From assembly GCA_030295235.1 (NCBI GenBank), contig AP026128.1, forward strand, positions 434,001 to 498,000: a stretch of DNA of 64,000 nt, written 5' to 3'. The position numbers and the translations under genes were made by a program. Source of the DNA: Fistulifera solaris. Lineage: Eukaryota. Below are positions 25,714 to 36,900 of the stretch, in pieces. Within the stretch, counting starts at the first letter, position 1; each line of letters starts with the position of its first letter. The notes beneath the pieces are model-generated. The model did not search any database. It saw only the letters and a program-made list of their open reading frames with translations, and had not been told where the DNA came from.

Positions 25714-26175
25714 CATTATTTTCTGGACACGTAAAATACAACTGGTCCAGATTTTCTGGACCAGTGTTATTAATACCACACTCCCAGATTTCCTGGGAAC
25801 GTGGAAAATACAACTGGTCCAGATTTTCTGGAGCAGTGTAAATATCAAACCCCAGATTTCCTGGGAACGTGAAAATACAACTGGTCCAGATTTTCTGGAC
25901 CAGTGTTATTAATACCACACTCCCAATTTTTCTGGGAACGTGAGAATTACAATTGGTCCAGATTTTCTGGACCAATGTAAATATCAAACTCCCAGATTTT
26001 CTGGGAACGTGAAAATACAACTGGTCCAGATTTTCTGGACCATTGTAAATATCAAACACCCAGATTTCCTGGGAACGTCAAAGTACAACTGGTCCAGATT
26101 TTCTGGACCAGCGTAAATACCACCAACCCACATTTTCTGGATACGTGAAAACCACTTCTCCACATTTTCTGGACG
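25714..26175. repeat. Tandem array of 67-72 bp dimers, each carrying two palindromes
   Basis: GGTCCAGA-TTT-TCTGGA(C/G)C at 25744, 25816, 25883, 25955, 26023, 26091 alternating with CCCAGA-TTT-YCTGGGAACGT; degenerate at both ends. Confidence 0.95.
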
Positions 26176-26267
26176 CAGGTGAGAATGACCGCAGAGGAAT
26201 TCTTTTTCCTGGCTTTGTCTTATCTTAGAAGTGGCTCCTTCATATCTTAAACACAATTAACGGCTTT

Positions 26268-29200
26268 ATGATACACGATATACACGAGAGCGGCAACAAG
26301 GGAACTCGCGTTTGGGTCAAACGATACTTGTTTCCCTCAGAGTCTACCCGCAGAGTCGTCCGAGCGGCCAGTAACGATGAACTCGATCGTCGGTTGTCGA
26401 AAAAAAGCATTGTACGTTCTCACTCGGGAGACGAAGTATTTTCGCCAACTCGAAAGCGGTCCAATAATATTCGACTAGCATCCTATGGTGTCGAGGAATA
26501 TGAGTGGGCATTAGGGTGGATGAATGAACAAGAAACCGACGAGACCATTTCAATACGTTTGGATGACAGTGAGAACAAAAATGGCCTTATTAAGGTCACA
26601 ACGATAACGCTTTCGAGAGAGAGAATTGGAACCGAAGTTTTAATTGCGAATCCTACGCCATCGGCTCCGAACGACTTGGTCACATTAGATCATTTTCACG
26701 AACCGACGGTGGTGGAATGTTTGCGACGGCGATTCGCGCAAGGTCACATTTATACCAACACCGGGCCCGTTTTAATTGCTCTCAATCCCTTTCAAAATAT
26801 GACCGATTTGTACGGAGAGGATGTTATGCGCAGGTATTGGAATCATGCGGAACAACCAGCATTGGATCACGACGATCTCTTGCCCCCACATGTGTACGCG
26901 ATTGCCGACAATTCGTTCCGCAATATGATGCGTGGTTTAGAAATGAGTGTCTCCTCGTCCAAGAAAAATACCAATCAGAGTATTTTAGTGTCGGGAGAAT
27001 CCGGAGCCGGGAAGACCGTGACGACCAAATATATCATGAAATATCTGGCGGCTCTCTCGCAACGGGCGCATCAATCCGCGGCGGGACGAACGCGGGCCTA
27101 TTTGAACGTTCCGTCATCCCATTCATCGTCCGATTTAAATTCGTCCTTTTCCATCGAAGCGCAGGTGTTACAGAGTAACCCTATTTTGGAGTCGTTCGGG
27201 AATGCTAGAACTGTACGGAATGACAATTCGAGTCGATTTGGGAAATTCATTCAAATGCAATTTTGTGAAACGGGGCGTCTTTTGGGGACCGCGATTGAAA
27301 CCTATTTATTAGAGAAAGTGCGGGTCGTACACCAAAGTGAAGGAGAAAGGAATTATCACATTTTTTACGAGTTGTTGTCGGCTTCTGTACCCGAAGAAGA
27401 AAGTGTTCGACTGCAAACTCGGAATCGAATGCCCTCGGATTTTAAGCTGTTATCGAGTGGAACCTACGTACGGCGCGACGGTGTAAAAGACTCGGATACG
27501 TACCAGGAGCTGCAAAAAGCAATGAAGATGATTGGATTTTCGTCAGAAGAGGTATCGGATATTATGGCTGTAACCGCTGCTATAATGCACGCATCGAACA
27601 CAATATTCGATCCTAAGGTTGACGAAGGATGCTGCGTGGCACGGGATAATGCGCACGTGACCGCTGCGTGCCAACTTCTCGGCATTCCAATAGACGATTT
27701 TGAAGAGGCTTTGTGCTTCTTTTCTCGTATCGCAGGAGGGCAGGTCTATAGGTCCCCACAAACCGTGGAAAGAGCAAAGAAGGGTCTTGACGCACTCCTC
27801 AAAGCCACATACGGTGCACTTTTTGAATTTCTGGTAAAACGGATCAATAATTCCATCTGCGGTCACGAAAATGGTCATTCATCTGTGATCGGAGTTCTCG
27901 ACATTTTTGGCTTCGAATCGTTCACGACAAATTCATTTGAGCAGCTCTGCATCAACTACTGCAACGAAGTATTGCAGCAACAGTTCAATACGTTCATGTT
28001 AAAGAACGAACAGGCTGAATATATAAGCGAAGGCATCGATTGGGATTTTATCAAATTTCCCGAGAATCAGGATGTTCTCGATCTGATCGAGCATAAAACC
28101 GACGGCATTATGTCAATATTGGACGACATGTGCAAGGCTCCCGGGGCGTCGGACAAAGCTTTTGCGAGCGAAATCATTAAGCGGTGTGATAAACAGTCGT
28201 GCTTTACCGCGAATTTCAAAGACACATCGCCAATGTTTTCGATCAAGCATTTCGCTGGATCAGTCGAATACACAACGGATGGATTCTTAGAAAAGAATCG
28301 AAATGAGCTTCCCAAAGAAACGAGCGAATTGTTGAGAAGTAGCAGCAGCAAGTTTGTTCATAAATTGGCAGATATCATTGTGGACTCTTCATCCAATGGC
28401 AATGCCGAAGCTTCGAAAACACGGACAGTGAAAACTGTCGGTGGTTTCTTTCGTCAACAGGTGAAGGATCTACGACAAAAAATTGATGCAACGTATCCAC
28501 ACTACGTGCGATGTATCAAACCCAATGCCGCATTAGTTCATAGTGAATATGATTCAGCAATGGTCGCGCAACAGCTTCGATGTGGAGGTATTCTACAGGC
28601 CGTCAGCGTCACACGGGACGGATTTACATTGCATTATAGCCACGAGGATTTCTTGCAGCGGTACCAGGTTCTTGTTACCGAAACGGCCGGTAAAGTGACG
28701 GTTTCAAAACAAGCGATTGAGATCGAATGTAAGAAACTCGTCGATACTCTGCTCGCACGGATCGAGGAAGAAGAGCAGTATCACTCGAACAAAGAAAGTG
28801 CCGATGATCTAGCCACCGAAGAATCCGCCGTCGATACAACAGAGATTTCCGAAGAGGTGTTGATTCAGTTCGGCAAAACCAAAGTTTTATTGAAGCATCA
28901 TGCTTTCCTGTCTCTGGAGCGACAATTGGGTGCGGTCCAAAACCGCAATGCGACCATACTGAACACCGCATTCCGGCGGCACTTTTGTCAAACGGCGTAT
29001 CGCTGCGTTCGGGCGGCGTTTCGCGCCGAGCTGGCGAGTCGTGGGACGACCTTTGACGAGTGGTTCGAACATCGTGAAATCTATTACCGTCCCCGCGAAA
29101 AAGGCAGTCTGCGGATTCCGAACCTTGTGAGTCATCGCATGAAAATGTTCAATGCTGCCGCGGGTGGTAAGAAGAAGAAGGAAGTTGCCGATGATAGCAA

Positions 29201-29297
29201 ACGAATCGAATTGAAGAATCAAGTATGGATTCTTCAGGACGATGGTCTCTTTAAGCGCAATCCCGACTATGTAGGTGAATCAATCGAAGCCGAGTAG
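26268..29297 (+). CDS. Myosin heavy chain with a short tail
   Basis: IYTNTGPVLIALNPF, P-loop GESGAGKT, NDNSSRFGKF, DIFGFE, SFEQLCINYCNE, PHYVRCIKPN, FGKTKV; one degenerate IQ-like segment. Confidence 0.95.
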   Translation: MIHDIHESGNKGTRVWVKRYLFPSESTRRVVRAASNDELDRRLSKKSIVRSHSGDEVFSPTRKRSNNIRLASYGVEEYEWALGWMNEQETDETISIRLDDSENKNGLIKVTTITLSRERIGTEVLIANPTPSAPNDLVTLDHFHEPTVVECLRRRFAQGHIYTNTGPVLIALNPFQNMTDLYGEDVMRRYWNHAEQPALDHDDLLPPHVYAIADNSFRNMMRGLEMSVSSSKKNTNQSILVSGESGAGKTVTTKYIMKYLAALSQRAHQSAAGRTRAYLNVPSSHSSSDLNSSFSIEAQVLQSNPILESFGNARTVRNDNSSRFGKFIQMQFCETGRLLGTAIETYLLEKVRVVHQSEGERNYHIFYELLSASVPEEESVRLQTRNRMPSDFKLLSSGTYVRRDGVKDSDTYQELQKAMKMIGFSSEEVSDIMAVTAAIMHASNTIFDPKVDEGCCVARDNAHVTAACQLLGIPIDDFEEALCFFSRIAGGQVYRSPQTVERAKKGLDALLKATYGALFEFLVKRINNSICGHENGHSSVIGVLDIFGFESFTTNSFEQLCINYCNEVLQQQFNTFMLKNEQAEYISEGIDWDFIKFPENQDVLDLIEHKTDGIMSILDDMCKAPGASDKAFASEIIKRCDKQSCFTANFKDTSPMFSIKHFAGSVEYTTDGFLEKNRNELPKETSELLRSSSSKFVHKLADIIVDSSSNGNAEASKTRTVKTVGGFFRQQVKDLRQKIDATYPHYVRCIKPNAALVHSEYDSAMVAQQLRCGGILQAVSVTRDGFTLHYSHEDFLQRYQVLVTETAGKVTVSKQAIEIECKKLVDTLLARIEEEEQYHSNKESADDLATEESAVDTTEISEEVLIQFGKTKVLLKHHAFLSLERQLGAVQNRNATILNTAFRRHFCQTAYRCVRAAFRAELASRGTTFDEWFEHREIYYRPREKGSLRIPNLVSHRMKMFNAAAGGKKKKEVADDSKRIELKNQVWILQDDGLFKRNPDYVGESIEAE

Positions 29298-29597
29298 TAA
29301 CAATCAGCTCGCGGTTCTGATTGAAAATGCTAAGTAGATTAACTACGCTGATCATTGTATACGACTGAACGAATTAATCTTGGGAAGCTATATGTTTGGG
29401 GATGAACCCGATGATTTAACAACTCAAATTGCGCTTAGCTTGTGAGCCCAACTGACTATATTACTACAGGTACAAGGTTAGGATGGTTTACGCGAAGAGC
29501 ACAACCATACCAGCAATCATCGGTAGAATCGTTCTGTAGCAACAAGAGAAACGTGAGGTACTGTCGGAACCTACGAGACTTTCAAATCCATGATGAC

Positions 29598-30344
29598 TTA
29601 CAATCCGGATGCGGACGATTGTAGGCCGACCGTATCGGTATTCAAGTCCGAGACCGCCGTGGGATCCTCTTCACCGACGGGCGCCAGAACCACCGGAGAC
29701 GCCACGGGCGAAATTACGGGAGTAACGACCGGCGTCAGAATCGATGTTGGTAGAACGATCATGACCGGTGCTCCGCTGGGAACGTCACTGGGTGCATCGC
29801 TGAGGAAATCACTTGGGGCATCGCTGGGCGCATCGCTCACATCGGGTTCTACCGGCGCAATCGGTTCGACTACGGGAGACGGCACGGGCACCGGAACGGG
29901 AGCGGGCACCGGCACGGGAACATCGACAATGTCTTCACAAGCCAACGGAGCATATCCTGTAATTTCCACGTTGCGTTCTTCTCCCACGACCGAATTGTCT
30001 TGATCGATCAAAATTTGATAGGGATATCCGGCCGCATAATACGCAATGCGGCACGCCGCACCTTCTACGGGGCATCGCATGTAGCACAACGAACTGATTT
30101 CCGTCATGTAATCCGTTAATGACATGGCACCTCCTTGTGCGACACCATTTTTGACACGAATCGATTGGACCGACGGTGTATTCGAAATGCGATTCGTCGT
30201 CAACGTGAACTGATAGCACGGCGGTGGAGTGAACTTGTTGTTGTTGGTCGTCCATTCGCTCAAACCAGTCTCCCATCCGTCGGGGCATTGACTGAATGCG
30301 GCTGGTAGAAAAAGAAATGGAAGTAAGGTACACAGTTTCATCAT
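29598..30344 (-). CDS. Secreted Cys-containing protein with a Pro/Ser/Asp-rich (PV and SDAP repeat) tail
   Basis: Signal peptide MMKLCTLLPFLFLPAAFS; six Cys in the N-terminal domain; VPVPVPAPVPVPVPSP and SDAPSDAPSDFLSDAPSDVPS. Confidence 0.75.
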   Translation of the reverse strand: MMKLCTLLPFLFLPAAFSQCPDGWETGLSEWTTNNNKFTPPPCYQFTLTTNRISNTPSVQSIRVKNGVAQGGAMSLTDYMTEISSLCYMRCPVEGAACRIAYYAAGYPYQILIDQDNSVVGEERNVEITGYAPLACEDIVDVPVPVPAPVPVPVPSPVVEPIAPVEPDVSDAPSDAPSDFLSDAPSDVPSGAPVMIVLPTSILTPVVTPVISPVASPVVLAPVGEEDPTAVSDLNTDTVGLQSSASGL

Positions 30345-30956
30345 GGTAACAGAAATGAATTGTAGAGGAGGAGATGTGAGACGAAACACACATACAACAC
30401 GTCGACCTTTGAAAACGGTGCAGGTGCAAAAATGAGGCAATGTACTTGGATCGCTATAGCAATGCGAGGTACAAGAAACAAGAGAGTTGTTTGGCGCGTC
30501 CTACTCCGATTTGGCACTGTCTTGGAGCCGCTCTAAGAAAAAGACCGTTAAAACATTTGCAACGGAGAAATAACATTTGAAACGAATACAATCCTACTTC
30601 CAGTATCGTCATTAATTTTCTTTCAAAAAAATACCTTTGGATTAATTAAGAGATTGAATACCGCACAGCTCAGGTACTTACGAAGTGCGAATTTCCGTCT
30701 ATCCAGGTCCCGAGTCCAACGTCATCCTTCATTCAACACCTTCCGTCTTCACAACGCTCCACGCAACAAGCGCAATGATGCGTGACACGCCCGACGAAAT
30801 CGAACCATGATAGATTTTGGAGACTTCGTGCATTGCAAATCAAACCATCAACTTGTAGTCGTATTCCTGTAAACAAATCAGTGTACACACCTTTTCATTA
30901 TTGTTGGTTGATTGGAGCGAAACAGCGTGTCGAACGAGAGATTTCTTCGCTGCAAC

Positions 30957-33900
30957 ATGCCCACGGAAGAATCATCTTTGCCCCGCAGCGGAGCGTTACG
31001 TCCCCCCGGGGAATTGGGACACGCCTTATCTCCCAGCGAAAGTGATCTTTCGAAAGGAAAAGGAGGCAAACACTCCCAGGCACACCCCGCCGTCCTCCAG
31101 GCGGATCAAGAGGAACAAGCTGCGATCGAACGAAATCACCGCGCGCGACACGTTGCGCCCCCGCACCCGGCCATCGGTACCCTTTCGTTGGTGACGGCAT
31201 TGTGTTACAACGGAATGCCCATTGTGGTCGGCACAACGCGGCATGGATGTTATGTCATTTGTCCGCAAACTCATTATCTGTTGCAAACTTTGTCGCTCGG
31301 CAGTTCGTCCGAAATCATTGCCCTCGTTTCGTGCGATGAAACGGGTCTTTTGGTCGTCGCACACGAAGATGGGTACCTTCAAACCTATCTTCCGCAGGCT
31401 TGTGATCCGGCGACCGAAAATTTCGGTCCGTATCGTTGGTGGGATGCGGCCTATTATGACTGCAAGTCGTTGTTTTCGGCCCCACAGTTCCAGGGAGATT
31501 TGGATGTATCGTTGTCACACAATTACAAATTTCTGGTCGCACATTCCGATCAACTGGCGGTCCTCAGCATTCATGCATCGATCGATGCGCAAGGTCCCAT
31601 GAAAGAAGCGGAAATTGTTTGGACGACCCAACTTCCGGGAAGAGTCGCCCTGGCTCGCATCTCCGGCAATGCGCATTCCATTGCCGTGGTGTTGCACAAG
31701 AATGTTGACGACGATGGAGCGGAGGGGGTGCATACGTTTGATCGCGATTGGAATGATGGGAGTCAAGCCGATTCGTCCATACGAAGAGCAACATTGGTAC
31801 GATCGACGTCGGTGGGAATTTTGTACCGACCCGGTCCTTTTTTGGTGCACAATGCCGCCGTCACGACCCTGTCGTTTCGAGGACTCGGTCATTTGCATTC
31901 CGGGGGAGCGGGGAAATGATTTGCTGCTGACGCATTGTGCTCGTGACTCTGTGGCGCGGATCTTTGCTCAACACGACTGGAAAGAATTGGTGGATTGGAC
32001 GACCTTGCGAAATACACGTGTGGAATGGATCCGGGGCATTTCGGCGTTCACTTTGGGTGATCTGGCGAGTCAGCGATCCAAGAAAGGTGGCACGATGCCC
32101 CGGACCAAGTCGGAAGAAGATATGTACGAGATTATGGGAAAAGGGGCACCGACACATTCGGTTCCCAATCATGCGCAGCCATACTCGGGCGCTGGTGCAT
32201 GGATATCGGAATTGTCGTTTCAAGGAGCATTACCAACAATACGTCTTTCGCGATTAACGTATCTTCAGCGCGGAATCGATGAAGCTTACCCAACTTTATT
32301 TGAATGCGTGTCTTCGCTGGTGCCGCCGAATACTTTCTTTTCACATGGAATTTTAGACACGACAAGTTGTGGCTTTTGTGTACAAGCCATTTGGCCGGCG
32401 TGGAATCCCTGGTTATCCGAAACGAACAATAGAACGGATGACACGGATACGTTGCGTGGTTCTGCCATGTCCTTTTTGGGGCTGTCGACTGGAGTGAATA
32501 CAAACGGGGGGCATTTTGGTGGTTCACTACTAGGGATTACCGAAACTCCTCCACTCGAGCTCCGAATCACTTGTACGCACCCCACTGGTGGAAGGATTAT
32601 GTTAATTGATTTTCGCCTCCGAGGGGATGAAACAGCAATCGACATTGAAGTGCCCCGGAGGGCTGAACTATCACTAGCAGATCTTGATCGTTTTATAGGA
32701 TCGAAGATTGAGACTAACGCGCCTCAGGCTTCACGTCAACACGAGTCTGGTAGGATGTCAGCTCGCGTGTCAACAACGCTTCGATCGGTGGACGTTTTAT
32801 GGCATCGTCCTGGTACCGCTTCGTTTCTGCCGTCCACCTGGCAGCCCGAAGACGTCGATCGACTGGGCAAAGCACTTGCGGAAGCCACTGTTGTTCATGA
32901 TCAGGTTCATGATGAGAGTTTATTGTCCGTCCCACTTGTTGAATCCCTTTTTCATCTTCCGAAAGAACTCAGACATGAGTCTATCATTGATGTCTTGTGG
33001 TGGCCAATTCGCGAGCCAAAATTTGGCGGCCAGTCCTACCTGGCAGCAATTACTACAGGTGGCTCAATCGTCATATTTTCGGTACCTCCACCCTATGGGT
33101 TCATGGAAACAAGTATGCCAAACAAGGAGGAATGTTTCCCGGACGGAGATGAAGGGCGAATCTCTCATGCTAACTCATTTAAATCCGACAAAACTGTACA
33201 TACTCGATCCGAATACGAAGTTTTCATAACACCTGATCCAGATCACGGACTCGGTCTCCGTCTCGAGTCCAAAGTGGACGGCTTGTGTGCTGTTGCAGGG
33301 TCTTTCAAAAAGCATCCGTTGAATGGTGACATGCTTCCTGCAGAAAGAACTGGCATGATATGTCTGGGCGATGAACTGATTAGTGCGAACGGCATAAACC
33401 TGGAAAATCAGCGTTTCGAGGACATTATTGCTCGCGTGCGTGAAACCGGTTTGTCGGTGGGGCCGGGAAATCCGATTTGTCTAAAGTTCCGTCCACTCCA
33501 GCAGACCTCAGTTGTACAAAGTATTGCTTCGAGAAACACATTCGAATCTGGTGACGGTGGTCAAGCATCAAGTCAAAATGATTTAAAATCCTCAAGCTCC
33601 ATCGGAAGCATCAAATCCGCCTCGCAATGTGTCAGTTCCTTTGTGAGTATTGGAAGAGCAAATACTTCTTCGAATGTGATCGCTGTTCTCGAAGGTGCAC
33701 TTGCGACAAGTAGTTGTCAGCACACAACCGACAGTCAATTCGTACTTGTTCCTCTTTTCCAGTTGATAGACTCGTCAGAAAATGGTGCTTTATTCATAGC
33801 TCTCGATGGCGCAGAAATTCAAGTATTTTCTATTTTCTTTAACGATAGTGTTGATGGGGCTCAGTTTGAGAAGATCGAACATTTGAATGTATTCGAAGGT

Positions 33901-36900
33901 AGCGATCGCTGCTGCGCGTTGTCAACATTGAGAACATCCTTTGGTGGTGTTGAGCTAGCTCTTTGGGATGTCAAGGGTAAGCTCTCTCTTCTTCGAATCT
34001 TCATAGACCAAGGAAAAGATATGTACTTGGGTGTCTCTTTCAAGTTGTATGAGGGATTTCAGCTTTGTGAACAGCCATCTCTTGTAAGGGGATATTCATG
34101 TGCTCTGTTTGCGACGATGACAAATAGCGACGAAGGCCTTGGGAAATCTATCGTTGTCTATTCGTGCACATCGCATTCCTCAGGTCAGAAAGACGAAACG
34201 CAGTTCACGTCGCAGGAGATTAGGGTCGGCTCCGATTCTAAAGACGATCGGATAGTTGACTTTTGCTTCCTTTCGTCTGGTTATTTGGCGTTAGCACCGA
34301 TTCTCGTTGTCTTTTCGTTCACAGGGGTAATTGTTTATCGGAAAAGCCTGTGCTCATCGGAATGGGAACCGTCTCTGAAAATTTGGTACACGAAATTCAA
34401 AGATTCAAGCCCGTATCTCAATTCTACGGTTGATCTTGCTCTTTATGAGTTCGTTCCAGGAATCTCGATGAACGATTTGTTCCCTCATCTTCTGTCTGGC
34501 TTATCATTGACGCACAAAGCTAAAGACGAAGAAAATTGTCTATTGAATGATTGGAGCCCTGAATCTCTTCTTGCTTACATATGTTGTGAAGGTAAAGGGA
34601 TTAATCACGCGCTTCAGTCTTATGTGCCCGATATAGTGCGTTGGATTCATTCGCAATGCAAAAGTTCGGGGCATGAATTTCTGGTTAAGGCGCTTCCGTG
34701 CGCTTCAATCGACATCTGTAAGAAACTGAATCTTCTCAACGGTGATCACGAAAAAACGGCATTGCAATCCACCGTTGACCATCGTAACACCGGACGCAAC
34801 GACACGCTTGAAGATTTTTTTACAAGACATTTTAACTACCTTGGACGAGAAATGCCAGGTCGATCGGAAGGGTAGAAACGTCACAAACGACGCAGCACCT
34901 TCGAAAGTTGATAAAGGGCCAAATCCAAGACCGCGTTTAGAGTTTGACATGCGAATTTTCCATGCTATTAGTCAGCTTGCACTTGCACCCCCAAATTTCC
35001 AAGCGACTGATTCGTGTGGTGAGCTTTTTCTTTTGCTGCTTTTTTAATGCAGCAATTAGAAGAAGATGCAGACAACAAGCGCGAAGTATACAACGACTCA
35101 GAAAATGCGGTGAATGACATTACTCGACTGTCGCGCAAGGAGAATTCGACAGATTTTCACGTAGCATCGTCTGCTTGTCTAGCTGCTATGATCAGTGTAG
35201 ACCAAGAAATTCTTCTTGAGCGATGTCGACCATTAGGACAGAAGCTGAACTGGGATAACGCAAGAAAGCTCCGCATTCCTTTTTGGTTGCGATCGGACAA
35301 AGCTTTGGCAAAAGTTTGCGAGGAAATTGGGCAAACATCGTTTCGAGAAGGCAGAGATGTCATGGAATGTGCAATTTTCTTCATTGCCTGTGGTAAGCTT
35401 CGGACATTAACAAATCTTGCAGCAACTGATCAAAGCGAAATGGGTAAAAAATTTCATAAATTTCTCACGTCCCACGACTTCGAAAGCACAAAAGGCCGTC
35501 TTGCAGCTGAAAAGAATGCCTTTAGTCTGCTACGGAAAAACAAGCATCGTGCCGCTGCATCATTTTTTCTTCTTTCAAAACCTCCGTCTCTAAAATCAGC
35601 AGTGGAGACCATCCTGACTAAACTTAACGACATCGATCTAGCCTTCCTTGTCATGAGGCTCATGACAAATAGTTACGAATGCAAGGATACTAGTCCGTCA
35701 CTTCTATCACTTGGAGGAGGATATGCGGCCGCTGGCGCTTATAAAGTCGGAGTTTCAGACCAAAAAGAAAATCAGGAGCCTGACTTTCAAGAGTGGTGCT
35801 CAGGATTGAGCATCACTGCAAGAAATTTTCTGGTTGATCGATTGTTACCGATGACAGTGGAAGATAGTGCTTTAACGTCCGTGATACTTTATTGGTTAAA
35901 CGAAAAGACCTTTCTCCTTGGATTCTTTCCAAGACCGTGGGTATTGCTTTCGATAAGCAAGGGGGGCATTCCATTTTCAAAAAGGACACCATGGAGTGGA
36001 TACCATCAGGATCATTACCGCGATCTTGCTTGATAAGGAATGTCGACGTTGTTGCAAGATCAAATCGAATCATTGATATCGTGTCTAGACCGACACTACT
36101 GCTGCATCTGAAATCACCAGACAAACCTCTGTTCGCCGCCGTATTGTCCACATCTTCGACTTTGTTAGCAAGCGGGCTTGAATTAACAGCGCTACAAACC
36201 TTGTCAAAAGTCTCTCATCACATGCGGAATGAAGAAAAGAAGATTGCCGAAAGTCTTTCCAGCACTATGAAAGACATAAGTAAAGCTCCACAGAGAACTT
36301 CTTTTCTCAATGCTCCGTATTCCTCCGGTGCGATGGAGTCTTCAATTTTTGATGATTTCGCTGGTCCGCCAAAGCAAATCCAACAATCAAACCATTCTGT
36401 ATCTGGTGCGATGGAGTCATCCATTTTCGATGATTTCGCTGTCCCGCCAAAGCAAATTCAACAACCAATTCGTTCTACATCTGGTGCAATGGAATCATCG
36501 ATTTTCGACGATTTCGCTGGTCCGCCAAAGCAAATTCAACAATCAAACCATTCTGCATCTGTTGCGATGGAATCATCGATTTTCGACGATTTCGCTGGTC
36601 CGCCAAAGCAAATCCAACAATCAAACCATTCTGTATCTGGTGCGATGGAGTCATCCATTTTCGATGATTTCGCTGTCCCGCCAAAGGAAACTCAACAACC
36701 AATTCATTCTACATCTGGTGCGATGGAATCATCGATTTTCGACGATTTCGCTGGTCCGCCAAAGCTAATCCAACAATCAAACCATTCTACATCTGGTGCG
36801 ATGAAGTCATCCATTTTTGATGATTTTGTGGTTCCAACAATGCTGGTCGGCGGGACCTCTGCGTCTTTTCCGGGATCGACAAAGTTCAGCATGTTTCGCA

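Noticed and set aside
25714..26175. CRISPR-like array of palindromic repeats
   Set aside because: Spacers are short and themselves repeated, no cas genes are present, and the context is eukaryotic.
25553..26256. Repetitive ORFs (GPENLDQLYF / LVQKIWT)
   Set aside because: Translations of the palindromic array in several frames; unit lengths are not consistently multiples of three.
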